Assembly (NCBI RefSeq): GCF_964204645.1 | Contig: NC_134033.1 | Span: forward strand, 4,116,231 to 4,180,230 | DNA length: 64,000 nucleotides | Direction: 5' to 3' | DNA from: Tubulanus polymorphus | Lineage: Eukaryota; Animalia; Nemertea | Part shown: piece by piece, positions 26,901 to 40,594 of the stretch | How positions within the stretch are numbered: position 1 is the stretch's first letter | Layout of the letters: each line of letters opens with the position of its first letter | Program-made: the position numbers and the translations under genes | The notes under the pieces: model-generated | Databases searched by the model: none | Seen by the model: only the letters and a program-made list of their open reading frames with translations | Told to the model about the DNA's origin: nothing

Positions 26901-29900
26901 AAGTAACATCGGGAATTATTTGATCTATGGTTCTATTTAATTCTGTATTTGTTGAATTGTTCGCATCGTTTATCGTTGAATTGTGCTTGTTTTTGATGTC
27001 GATTCTCTCAGATTCACAAATGAATGTCGTGTGCGTCTCCTCGATTTGACACGGGAATCGAACCCAGTTCGCCGATCCTCGTGGATTATTCAGTATCATC
27101 GCCGTACACGGCATATTGACGTCATTTATCGGTTGTTTTCTCAGCGGAGATATCAATCCCCGAATAACTTCTGGTATCGTTTCATTAATAACAGGTTTAT
27201 ACCATTCGTTGTAGCTCAATGGTTTACCGTCGGTCCACGTGTAATAACCATCATTCTGTTTCGTGAACAAAATGCTAAATTATTTAACAATTTTTCATTA
27301 AAAGTCTTACTTTTCTAATATATATTTGCCAACATTAGTCTTACCTGCCATTTCAATCCAATCATCATTATGAGCGCTTTTAATGTGTACGCCATTCGGA
27401 GAAGTTCTGTAGCGAATAATCTTTTGATGGAAATCATTTCCCGTTCTGAGTTGATACTGAGTAGATGTCCCGCGTACTTCTGTCTACAGTATATTTCAGC
27501 GTTCTCCCAATTCAGACGTTCATCTCTGATGAAATTGATGCAGGAAATTTCGGAATCCAGAAATCCTTGTTTACAGTAGACATCATCGAAACCTTTAATC
27601 GGTAACGACTCGTGTAAAGTGTATTGTATTTGAAATGTCGGAATGAAATTGTTTACTTCAAAACGCAGAGTATTATCTGTAAAACTATGAAATATAAGTT
27701 CACGAACCGCGTTATTTTCACATACTTTAGTTTCATGTTGAGTTTCTATGGTTTTGAAATATTTTCCATTAAGAAAGTGTTCGTAATTGATTGATTGTAT
27801 CAAAATGATCGGATCATTCTCAAGCATGTTGTTTGTTTCCCATGAAACTGATCCAATAAATTTGACAATAAATCTGTAATATTGAAATATGTTTTCTTGT
27901 ATCGGGTTTTCAAATTTATATGAAATAGTTTTTGATGTACTTCCAGCAAAACCCGGGTAGTTCGGTGACTGCACGAGTCCACATTTATCTTTAGTAGTAA
28001 CTGGAAGACGGGAACCGGCGAATCCAAAACTATCCGCTTTTTTCACTCGTAGACATTTACGACGTAGTTCAACTATTAGTGGATACTGCCAGAATCCAAA
28101 CCCACCTTTGAAATCTACAGTGTTTAATACGAGACTGTTATTAAGAAACTGATTACTCAAACTCAGAGACTGATCACATGACAATGACATCTTGAGAAAA
28201 CATCGGTCAATTTGATATTCGTGTTCTGATAATATGTGAATATTTTTCAAGCGAAGGCGTCGATTTTCAGGTGTAATCACGAGACAGTGTGACGTCATAT
28301 TGATCTGACGTTCTTCATCCTGTAGAACGTAACCGTCACAATCAGTATGAGCAAATTTAAGATATGACCGGACAGAACGATCAACTGTTAACTGATTGTT
28401 ACAGTAATAAGCGTATGCTACAACAGTAACCGGTCCACCTGATGTAATCAGGCTGACGACAGATCGACCGTAGTATGAACCAGGACAATACAGACCATAG
28501 CGTCTAGCTGTGAAATTACTTCCATCAAATATATAAAAACCAGCTCGATCACAGTTTTCTGATAGCACTGTTAGTTTCAACCAATCTTCATAGATGTTCA
28601 CTTTCCAGTTTAGTTGTAATGTAGTTACACGATACAATGTATTCTTTGATCTCGGGAACAATCGATAAGCTGATATTGAGTTTCTGTATGAATGCTGAAA
28701 TATAAGAGAATTGATTACAGTATTGAACGTTTACAATACAATAATTTAAAATCTTTACGACCTCGATTTATTGATTTATCGATTTATTGAAAAGTTCAAA
28801 ATGCTGCAATCAAAACTTAACTGCTTCCACAAATCATCATAATTAGTCATGGCAAAAAACATGTGCGTCCGAATATATTGAAATTTGGGTCACACATAAC
28901 GTTGTTATTCCAAGTTTCTCGGTAAAGTTTCACTGGTCAAAATCGCCATCAAAATCATAGATTATTACAATGATTCCATTAACCGAACCTAATTTACTAA
29001 TCATTATAATAAACTTACCGATATCTGTGGCTTGTTGACGTAGACGTCTGACATTGTCATTGATTTTACTTCAAATTCTATTTTCAAATTCGATCTTAAA
29101 AAATCCGATGTCGTTAACACGCACAGAATGACGAGAAATCCGTCTGATTTTACACTCAGAGATTTAAGATGGTTAAAACTGAGTAAAATATCAGTTCTCA
29201 CAATACGTAACCCTTCCTGTTTATATACACCAACGACACCTGGTGACGAGACGAGATCACGTGTCCAGTTGAAGACGACGTACTGCAGAACATCGACTGT
29301 GATAGACCAGCAGTATAAGTGTTTAGACTGAGTTACTATATGTGGTATTCCATCAATTGTAGTGAGCAGTCCTGATTTATTATAGACTTGAATTAACGGG
29401 TTAGAGACGTTCCAATCTGATATTTTGTAAACTTGCACGAGTAACTGCGACTTAACTCTACTTGAAAAAAAATCAATACGTGCTTTATTAGTTTTAGTAT
29501 AAAACGATGAAGGCGGATGTCCGGTTTGTTCTCGTATAAGAGCTATAGGTTCACTGGTGCTGTTCCATCCGTCGTAAATTTGAGGACGAGTTTTCATCGG
29601 ATCCTCACCTGGTCTTAATCTGAAATCTATCTGTATAAACGTTAAATTCATTGCAAACCCGTCTGGCATCTCGATCCATTCAAACAACAATTTACATCGC
29701 CGGGTAGAAATCATGAATTCATAACCTGTTTGAGTTGGTAATTCTTTTACTGCATGTTTGTAACATGTATGTACGATTTTCAAGCGACTCTGTTCTTCAA
29801 AACGATATATAATATAAACCCGACTACCTCGCGCTCCATCGACGTTACTCCTAAACAACAACGAAATCAAATCGTTACTGCGGATATCTACTTGTTTTCT

Positions 29901-30239
29901 TCCGGTAGCGCAGAGTTTGTTGTCGGACTCACCGACGAGAAGGTAGTTTTCGTTACAGAATATCGACGGCTCGATGTCGTAGTAAACTTGAACGAGAAAA
30001 CTTCCCGGTAAAGAGCTGTTGACGAACCAACGACATTCGACACCGCGAACTAACGACGGATAGTTCGGTGAAACGATGTAACCAGACGTAGAATCGACGG
30101 AGTATTGAGTGTTGTTACAAGATGAACTGACTGTAACAGACGCGGCTTCCTCGACAGAGTTTGCGCGATCAGCCCGCGTAAATATACAGTCTCCGCAAGC
30201 GATCAGTAAAACTACGAACAACGCTTTCATTCGCTGCAT
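23985..30239 (-). pseudogene. GRL101-like GPCR copy C (frameshift after TM2)
   Basis: Exons 30239-29019, 28694-27345, 27255-23985. A +1 base at ~24685 (ataattaaac vs ataataaac) gives FKGV*. Also an LDLa Cys>Gly change (RHVGDG). Confidence 0.85.
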
Positions 30240-30694
30240 ATTGAACACAATTCACACTTCAAAACAAACACATTTCTAACTATTTCCAAATTTGCACGAC
30301 ATTTCTCAAAAGTGTCGCTGCAAAGTAATGACGAATTCGCAAATGTCAGAATTTGACGAATTGATCGAGTCTAATTATTTTGTTAAAGAAAAATCTCCCA
30401 TCAAACTGGCGCCAGTCTCGTATTTGTGAAACTTTCATCTGTTCTCGGTTTCGCTGTAATTACCGCGGTTTCTAAATTTAGACGTGTTTAAATATATATC
30501 GTGTTTATAATCATGTGCAATTATTTCTTTCAAAATATTTACTGTCGCTCCCGAACTCCGTTCAGTTTGTGATAATATTCTATGAAATTTTCTATCTGTA
30601 CCTCAAAATATTCTGCGTCTCTGTATAACACTTCGTGGTGTGTCGGGTATGGCCTTGTTCGGTACTGACTTTTTTAAGAATCAACACCAACCAT

Positions 30695-30860
30695 GTAAGG
30701 CGACAATGACAGCGGTAGAAAAGAAACAATACTTATAACGAGCCAACAAATGCAGCAAATACCGATAACGTATTTCGGAGTTATAATCGGACTTCTAGAA
30801 AACGGGTTGACGATATCAAAATATCTCTGATGTGTTAGAATTAAGTGAAAAGTTAAGGCA
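30695..30860 (-). pseudogene. Isolated TM3-TM4 fragment upstream of copy C
   Basis: Matches coding 33340-33505 (IVNPFSRSPIITPKYVIGICCICWLVIS) and has the same left breakpoint as the 19466 fragment. Confidence 0.9.
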
Positions 30861-31859
30861 GCCGTTAGGCATTGCTATTGATTACTTGAAGAACGAATCC
30901 GCGCCAACAATTCAGCAAAGTTCCTCAAACTGAATTGTGTTTTATTCCCCCTTCATCTTTTCGGTACAATTTTTCAACAAACAAAAAATTCCGTAATGCC
31001 CATCTGATTTTTAATCCAATAATTCGTAAAAGTTATGTTCATCTAAATTTTCTATGTCGTTTTTTGCCGAACCATTTTTTTTAAATTTTTCCCATCATAT
31101 GAATCAAATTCATCACAATTTCCAATCATTTTCGATTCTTTTTTCTGCGGTCCTTTGAGGTATCGTTTGTGTTAAATATTCAAATGATAAAATAAATTCA
31201 TTTTTTCTCCTGCCTCCTTCCGTTTTGGAACGCCTGCATAAACGATCGACAATGATGATTACCTAATATATTCGGTCACCGATATTGGGGAGATGTTAGT
31301 GTGTTTTATAGATATGTTTTAATGAGAATAAGGTGGCGCCAGCTGGCGAACAAACAATTCAACACATAAATAACCGTAAACCAGCGATCAGTAGTCAGCA
31401 ATTGGTAAATGACATTTGGCAACGAGCAACTGTCATGGTGATCTGGGAATTGCGTAGAAAAGAAACATATTTCAATAATCGTCAATTAATCGGTTTTTAA
31501 ACCGCTTGTTGTTTCTGATGAGATTCGTCTTTACAATCGTAAGGAATCATTTGAAGCAATCTCAGCGTCGAAAATCATATAGATTGAAAAAGACCTAGAA
31601 AAGACATTTCGAAACGATGAAATAATATCTTTGCGAATGTCACTGTGAGAAGAAAAACGAATGTCGAAATTTCCAAATCATGAAATTAACAACAATAAAG
31701 TAGATTCTACTTTTAAGTATTTGATATAATTTGTTCTTCTACTACGAAATTGCCATCTTTTGATAATAATTCATTTTCTTGATATGGCGAATTATCTACA
31801 TAGTAATCTTTGCAATTTACATTAGATTAGAAAAAAGAAAATTGAAAATACAATTCACG

Positions 31860-32110
31860 GTAAAATGCAAAACTTTGAGATAACTAAAATTGACGATTCG
31901 TTAACATAAACATTAAGACAAATAGGTTCGTTTTAAAAAGAATGTTTTGAGGTTTGATATAAAAGTTTCGACTGTAGAACTAGATCTAATATGAATAGGA
32001 TGAACATTCCAAAGTTCAGGAGTAGCAAATTTAAAAGCTCTCTCAGTAATTTTTCTATGTACCATAGGTTTCACTAGTTGTTTAAAATATAAATATAAGG
32101 TTTTACGTAA
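31860..32110 (-). mobile_element. L2/CR1-group LINE 3' fragment
   Basis: ERAFKFATPELWNVHPIHIRSSSTVETFISNLKTFF matches the L2 ORF2 C-terminal pattern RAF.AP.LWN.LP..IR...S...FK..LKT. Absent from the paralogous spacer near 9630. Confidence 0.75.
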
Positions 32111-32883
32111 ATATATCAAAGAACTATAATTCATAAACGGTCAGTGAAAAAGAACATATTTCAATATTCCCCAATCAACTGTGTTTATGCATTATGATGT
32201 TATATTTCTGGTATGAGGTGCTTCGTCTCTCGTGGTAGAAACAGTTATATTGATAAATCTAACTATCAGCGTCCTCACGGGAGACATGAATTTTTACTCC
32301 GTTTTATTTTTATCGAGTGACTCAAATCATTGTTATACTAAATTCTTCTTTCGGAACTAAATGACGAATATTCATAGATTATTCAAACGTTTGAGGGTTG
32401 AATCGTGGATTACTATTTAGAAATATAACGCCTTCAAATTAGGGTTAATTTTATATCCATGAAACCCTAAATCCTAGTTTCAAACGGATGATTCCCTCTC
32501 GCTCCATCAAACCCGCTTATATTTACGCAAGAATCTTGGGGATATAGATGTTGAAGTATTAGATATTAAGTGTAATATTAATCCTTCTCAGTTAGAAATA
32601 ATTTTAAAGGTTTTTACGAGTTAGTAATTCGGAAAACACGACTCCGGTAAAATTTCGACCAATTCCAGCAAGTTGTGAGTTAGATATAACAAATACCAAA
32701 ATTTACGGTAGTTATGATAATCGGGGTAATTTTGCTCTGCTGTAAACTTATCTCATAGTATTCGTTCATCTGATGCGGTCACGGGACTGCAAATGAACTC
32801 GAAACCAAGTTTTAGGATTTCGAGGTTCAAACCCGATTTATAGATAGGCAAACATTATAAAGTGACTCCTGTCAAACTATTCT

Positions 32884-35800
32884 TTATTTACTGGATGTCG
32901 TCGATCCTAGTCGTCGTTTATTGCGTTCACGAATAGATTTCATATCGATTGTAAGTATTGTATAAAGAAGCGGATTCAGAGACGAGTTGATCGGTAAAAA
33001 TAGAACGGCCAGCCAAGCGGCCACCTGGTTCGGTATCTCGACCGAAAATACGGCGCAAAACTGAACGATTATTATCGGTAGCCAGCAAAATAGATTACAA
33101 AGATTGATTACTAAACTCCTTCGCGCTAAAACAAGTTCGGTAGGATCGGCTCTACCCGAGCCCGACCTACTTCCAGATACGAGTCTATACATCTGAGCGT
33201 ACGTCGTCATTATCGTAGCCAATATGGCCGCATTAAACAAGGCAAAAATAGCGAATGAATAGTGCCAGCCATTGACGTCGATCGTCAGTAAATTCATAGG
33301 CAAACAAACTCCGGTTGTACCGTAAAAATTGTCTCCGAAGTAAGACGACGATGACAGCGGTAGAATAGAAACTGTGCTCATAACGAGCCAACAAATGCAG
33401 CAAATCCCGATAACGTATTTAGGAGTTATAATCGGACTTCTAGAAAACGGGTTGACGATATTTGAATATCTCTGACGCGTTAGAATTAAGAGAAAAGTCA
33501 GGGAACCTTCGCACGAAACGGTGACAATAACCCCTGAGAGACGGCATAATGAGCTATCCGTCCAGGTTTCAGAATTCAGATAATAAACGCCTTTGAACGC
33601 GTGGTCAGCTCCTGCGATCAAAAACAAATAGACCGACATCAGAAAATCACAACCGGCAATATTTATGATGAGGATATCTGAAGATGTGTTACGTGTTCCG
33701 GTGGATTCCATCCGCAAAGCTTGAACTCGAAATGCAATAACGATACTGTTAGCGAGAAAACTGAAAGTTGCGATCATCCAGATGATGGCTCTCAGTACAG
33801 CGTTACCCATCAGGTCAGAGCAGGTCGAAAATTGATCAGCTTCGGGAAGACATCGGTCAACATTCGGTGCCATGCAGCAAAATTTGTAAGCATCCGAAGC
33901 GAGGTATTTCAATGATGTAAGATCGCCAAGGACGTTTCTTTGTACGGATATTACTTCAAAATTGTTGACGAGGTCTAAAATTTCAAGTTGAACCAATCCA
34001 GAAAAAGCATAGCTAGAAATATAATGTATTCTGTTACTGCTGATATTTAACGACTGTAATGCGGATAAACCTTTAAATACATTTTCACCGAGAACCGATA
34101 TAGAAAGTCCGTGAAGATCGAGAACAGTAAGTGACGTCAGACCTCGGAAACTACCGTCTTCTAAATGTTGCAGCGGATTTCCGATAAGAAATAGTTGTTT
34201 TAAACCGATCAAACCTGCGAATGTATTAGCAGATAATGATGTTATGCGGTTGTGAGTAAGGTCTAATGTGTATAGATTGTTTAGATTAGAAAACGCGTTT
34301 GGAACGATGTAAGACAAATTATTGCCCGAAATATCGAGAAAACGAAGATAAATGAAAGAGTTGAACGTCGACTCGTTAAATACGACTCGGTTATTCGACA
34401 AAATCAAAACCCGAGTTGATTCTATAAAACGACCAGTAATATCTGATAAAAGAGCATTTTCACAATCGATGAAATGACCCCGGCAATTACAACGTTCAGG
34501 ACACGTGACCTTACAGTATGACTCGTCATCTGAGTTATGTTTACAATTAACGACACCGTCGCAAACTTCAGATTGCGGAATACATCGATTCTCCCTGCCA
34601 CATTTAAACATTCCCGGACACGACCAAGTCTCGCAGTTTCGTTCATCTTCTGAATTAGGACAATCGGATCGACCGTCACAAACGTGTCTGATCGGTATAC
34701 AGTAAGATGCCGGACATTTTACAGTACCAGCCGCGCATTCGAAGTCATTACACGCGAGTATATGTTCAAGATTTCTACATACCGGGAAACCAATCGGCAT
34801 CCTTTCTAAAATACACCTTTCGTGTCGGGAATAACAGCGAGGAGAATTGAACGAACATCTTTGTTCATCCGATTCCTTACACAGATCTGTGAAACGAGTC
34901 GTACAGTGATTGCCATTATTACAGTAAACATCGGGATTCAATGTCATATTAGTGACCAATTCGTCTTCTTCGAGACTTCCGCTACAATCCACGACACCAT
35001 CCCGATACAACTGAGAACTAATACATTCACCGTCCCCGCACGAGAAACCCTGACAAAGTTCGGCAGTGCATCCGATCTCATCGGAACCGTCTTTACAGTT
35101 GGCTAGTCCGTCACATCGTTTATAACTATCGATACATTGGTGATTGGAACAGCGATATCGCGTAGATAAACACGGTGGATGATAGCACGAGTTCTCATCT
35201 GATCCATCGACGCAATCTCTCATAAAGTCGCAGAAACCGCTAATCGATATAACCTGTCCATCGTTACAGCGGAACTGACTGTGTAAATTGATATCCGTAC
35301 AATTGAGTTCATCTTCACCGTGTTGACAGTCGTGTATGGTATCACATACACGATGGTCGCTGATACATCTTTGATCGTTACATTCAAACTGCCACGATTT
35401 ACAACCGCTTATAGAAGCCAACTCTTCACCAGTTACATTATAGGTACATAACACGGAATGCGCTTTATCTTTTGTATCATCGAAAGGTTTTAATATCCAT
35501 TTAACCGATTGAATATACGTAATTTCATTTCTGGTCACCAGTGGTTTGATAACTTTAAATCCGTCGCGGTCCATTGTCAGTATAGCGCCATATTGATGTC
35601 GATATTGAAATTCGCTGACCAAATTGTTCATATCGCTTTCAGTATTTGAAGTGAGTCTTACTATTTCGGCGCGGATGCTGTGACACATTTTTCTAGCACT
35701 CCGAATATTCAAACCTCGATTGTTTTTCCAGTCGGTTTGTATTTGATAACATTGTCCGAAAATAGTTACCCAACCTCTTGGACAGGTTGAATTAATCAAA

Positions 35801-38800
35801 GTAATATCGGGAATCATTTGATCTATGGTTTTATTTAGTTCTGTATTTGTTGAATTGTTCGCGTCGTTTATCGTTGAATTGTGTTTGTTTTTGATGTCGA
35901 TTCTCTCGGATTCACAAATGAATGTCGTGTGCGTCTCCTCGATTTGACACGGGAATCGAACCCAGTTCGCCGATCCTCGTGGATTATTCAGTATCATCGC
36001 CGTACACGGCATATTCACGTCATTTATCGGTTGTTTTCTTAGCGGAGATATCAATCCTCGAATAACTTCTGGTATCGTTTCATTAATAACAGGTTTATAC
36101 CACTCTGTGTAGCTCAATGGTTTACCGTCAGTCCACGTGTAATAACCATCATTCTGTTTCGTGAAGAAAATGAAATATATCACTTCTTTATAAATCTTTC
36201 TATTTTAATTAATATTTGAATACATTAGTCTTACCTTCCATTTTAATCCAATCAACATTATGAGCGCTTTTAATGTGTACGCCATTCGGAGAAGTTTTGT
36301 AGCGAATAATCTTTTGATTGAAATCATTTCCTGTTCTGAGTTGATACTGAGTAGATGTCCCGCGTACCTCTGTCTACAGTATATTTCAGCGTTTTCCCAA
36401 TTCAGACGTTCATCTCTGATGAATTTGATGCAAGAAATTCCGGAATCCTGAAATCCTTGTTTACAGTAGAAATCATCGAAATGTTTAATCGGTAACGACT
36501 CGTGTAAAGTGTATTGTATTTGAAATGTCGGAATTCTATTGTTTACTTCAAAACGTAAAGTATTATCTGATATACTATAAAATATAAGTCCACGAACCGC
36601 GTTATTTTCACATATTAAAGTTTCATGTTGAGTTTCAATGGTTTTGAAATATTTCCCATTAAGAAAGGGTTCGTAATTGATTGATTGTATGAAAATGATC
36701 GGATCTTTTCGACCGAATCTGTCTGTTTCACATGATACTGATCCAATAAATTTCACAATAAATCTGTAATATTGAAATATATTTTGTTGTATCGGGTTTT
36801 CAAATCTATATGAAATCGACTTTGATGTACTTCCTGCCGAACCCGGGTAGTTCGGTGACTGCACTAGTCCACATTTATCTTTAGTAGTAACTGGAAGAAA
36901 TGAGCTGTCAAATCCAAAACTAACCGCTTTTTTCACTCCTAGACATTTACGACGTAGTTTAAATATTAGTGGATACTGCCAGAATCCAAACCCATCGACT
37001 GTGAAATCTACAGTGTTTAATACGAGACTGTTATTAAGAAACTGATTACTCAAACTCAGAAACTGATCACATCGCCAAGACATCTTGAGAAAACATTTAT
37101 TAATTTAATATTCGTGTTCTGATAATATGTGAATATTTTTCGAGCGAAGGCGTCGATTTTCAGGTGTAATCACGAGACAGTGTGACGTCATATTGATCTG
37201 ACGTTCTTCATCCTGTAGAACGTAACCGTCACAATCAGTAGGAGCAAATCGAAGAGATGATCTGAAAGGATCACCATCTGTTAACTGATTGTTATAGTAA
37301 TAAGCGTATGCTACTACAGTAACCGGTCCACCTGATGTAATCAGGCTGACGACAGATCGACCGTAGTATGAACCAGGACAATACGGACCATAGCGTCTAG
37401 CTGTGAAATTACTACCATCAAATATATAAAAACCAGCTCGATCACAGTTTTCTGATAGCACTGTTAGTTTCAACAGTTCTTCGTAGATGTTCACTTTCCA
37501 GTTTAGTTGTAATGTAGTTACACGATACAATGTATTCTTTGATCTCGGGATCAATTGATTAGCTGTTAAACCATTCGCGCCCACATCATTCTGAAATATA
37601 AGAGAATCGATTACAACATTGAACGTTTACAATACGACAATTCTAAACTCCTTACGACTTAGAATTAGATAAATATATCAATAACAGTTCAAGATGTTCC
37701 AAACTTAACCCAAATTCTCAACACCCATCATAATTAGTGTCTGCGCAAACAACATGTGTTTTGGGTCACATTGCGTTATTATTCCAAGTTTCTCGGTATA
37801 GTTTCACTGGTCAAAATCGCCATCAAAATATATGTAATTACAATGATTTTATTACACGATCCAAACTTACAAATCATTATAATACACTTACCGATATCCT
37901 TGGTTTGTTGACGTAGACGTCTGATATTGTCATTGATTTCGCTTTAAATTCTATTTTCAAATTCGATCTTGAGAAATCCGATGTCGTTAAAACGCACAGA
38001 GTCACGAGAAATCCGTCTGATTTTACACTCAGGGAATTAAGATGGTTAAAACTGAGTAAAATATCAGTTCTCACAATACGTAACCCTTCCTGTTTATATA
38101 CACCAACGACACCTGGTGACGAGACGAGATCACGTGTCCAGTTGAAGACGACGTACTGCAGAACATCGACTGTGATAGACCAGCAGTATAAGTGTTTAGA
38201 CTGAGTTACTATATGTGGTATTCCATCAATTGTAGTGAGCAGTCCTGATTTATTGTAGACTTGAATTAACGGGTTAGAGATGTTCCAATCTGATATTTGG
38301 TAAACTTGCACGAGTAACTGTGACTTAAACGACAGTTTATTTGAAATGAATTCAATACGTGCTTTATTAGTTTTAGTATAAAACGATGAAGGCGGATGTC
38401 CGGTTTGTTCTCGTATAAGAGCTATAGGTTCACTGGTGCTGTTCCATCCGTCGTAAATTTGAGGACGAGTTTTAATCGGATCCTCACCTGGTCTTAATCT
38501 GAAATCTATCTCTATAAACGTTAAATTCATTGCAAACCTGTCTGGCATCTCGATCCATTCAAACAACAATTTACATCGCCGAGTAGAAATTGTGAATTTA
38601 TAACCTGTTTGAGTTGGTAATTCGTTTACTGCACGTTTTGAGCATTTATGTACAATTTTCAAACGACTCTGTTCTTCAAAACGATATATAATATAAACCC
38701 GACTACCTCGCGCTCCATCGACGTTACTCTTAAAAAACAACGAAATCAAATCGTTACTGCGGATATCTTGTTGTTTTTTTCCGGTAGCGCAGAGTTTGTA

Positions 38801-39118
38801 GTCGGACTCACCGACGAGAAGGTAATTTTCGTTACAGAATATCGACGGCTCGATGTCGTAGTAAACTTGAACGAGAAAACTTCCCGGTAAAGAGCTGTTG
38901 ACGAACCAACGACATTCAACACCGCGAACTAACGACGGATAGTTCGGTGAAACGATGTAACCAGACGTAGAATCGACGGAGTATTGAGTGTTGTTACAAG
39001 ATGAACTGACTGTAACAGACGCGGCTTCCTCGACAGAGTTTGCGCGATCAGCCCGCGTAAATATACAGTCTCCGCAAGCGATCAGTAAAACTACGAACAA
39101 CGCTTTCATTCGCTGCAT
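32884..39118 (-). pseudogene. GRL101-like GPCR copy D (~1,950 aa apart from one nonsense codon in exon 2)
   Basis: Exons 39118-37892, 37590-36235, 36153-32884. TAA at 37107-37105 where paralogs have CAA. Exon 3 is fully open: CTLD end, second CTLD-like unit, ~7 LDLa, CPERCNC cap, LRRs, FCC...CSDLM hinge, 7TM with CWLP and NPLLY. Confidence 0.88.
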
Positions 39119-39675
39119 TTTGAACACAATTCACGCTTCAAAACAAACACATTTCTAACTATTTCCAAGTTTGCGCGATATTTCTCATAAGAGTCGCTGC
39201 AAAGTAATGACAAGTTGTCAGAATGTTAGAAGTTGACGAATTGATCGAGTCCAATTATTTTGTAAAAAGATCTCCCATCAAACTGGCGCCAGTCTCGTAT
39301 TTCTGTTACTTTCACCTGCGCTCGGTTTCGCAGTAATTACCGCGGTTTCTAAATTTAGACGTGTTTCAATATATCGTGTTTATAATCACGTGCAATTATT
39401 TCTCTAAAAATATTTACTGTCGCTCCCGAACTGCGTTCAGTTTGTGATAATATTCTATGACATTTTCTATCTTTACCTCAAAATATTCTGCATCTCTGTA
39501 AAACATTTCGTCAATATCTGTTTTGACAATTCACACTCTACAGTCAATATAATAACTGAATTGAAGCTAAGTGAAGCGCATTGATATCTGATTGTGGTGA
39601 GTAATAGGTCTTGTTTGGTACAGATTGTTTTGAAGAAACAATAGCAACAAAGTAAGACGGGGATGACAGCGGTAG

Positions 39676-40186
39676 ATCCGGAATCTACACCTCGGAATAC
39701 ATCTTCCTACCAAGTTTAGAAGGAATCAGAGAAAAAAAATTTTTCGCCGAAAAAAAACTCCTGGACTTACACCTTAGATTTTTGCCGTTTTTGGCCAAAA
39801 AATCGAATCTCTTCGATTTGCTTAAAATTTTAGTCCTAAATATTTTCGGGGTGCTGATTCCAAATCTGCAATCTCAAAAACCCTGGGGTCTAGGGCCTTT
39901 TTAAAATTTAAGGGGTACCCCTAAGAATTCGAATTTCTCATTTTTGAGGCCTCGGATCCTAAGAATTCTTTCAGATTTGTGATCAGCACCCCAGAATACA
40001 TGTCTATACTAAATTTCTCCGAAATTGGAGACAAAAAATATTTGACCCCTAACCCTCGTTTTAAGGGGTACCTTAGATTGCCATTTCTATGATACACCAG
40101 TAACTAGACTTAACTCTAACATAAGTCAAATTTATTAAGTTTCATGTATATTTTTAGGATGTTTGTCATCAATATGGTGGAACTAT
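39676..40186. repeat. Truncated copy of the repeat at 43998-44526
   Basis: Aligns from atccggaatctacac to aatatggtggaactat with high identity. Confidence 0.9.
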
Positions 40187-40277
40187 TGACGGATGTTATG
40201 GTGGTGACGATTCCCCCTTTACCTACAATCAGTAGAGAATTGATTTGAACATTATACAGACATTGATGCAGTGGAGC

Positions 40278-40360
40278 AGATGGACCAAGATGAACCAGGA
40301 CGAGCCCCAATAAACCAGGATGAACCAGGACGAACCCAGATAAACCAAGATGAACCAAGT
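40278..40360. repeat. Degenerate 10-bp tandem repeat (agatgaacca-like)
   Basis: Directly visible. Confidence 0.75.
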
Positions 40361-40594
40361 AGAGTTGTGACTTGGAAGAAATGTTAGAAATTGATGTCTC
40401 ATTTCAATAGTTATCAATAGGTACGTAGGCAATCGAGGCTGGAGACATGCTAGTACATAGGAATAGGGATTTCTATTCTTAAGCCTAGTTACTGTGTGAA
40501 ACTCCCTGGCCCTGCTCCCTCTCTCTATCAATCCCTAGCCTAGCATCTAGAATGATGTTACATTGTTTACAATGTTATTACATGTATATTGTAG

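Noticed and set aside
3254-38890. Plus-strand ORFs recurring in each receptor copy (e.g. MSGITARRIER...)
   Set aside because: Antisense shadows, conserved only because the sense gene is duplicated.
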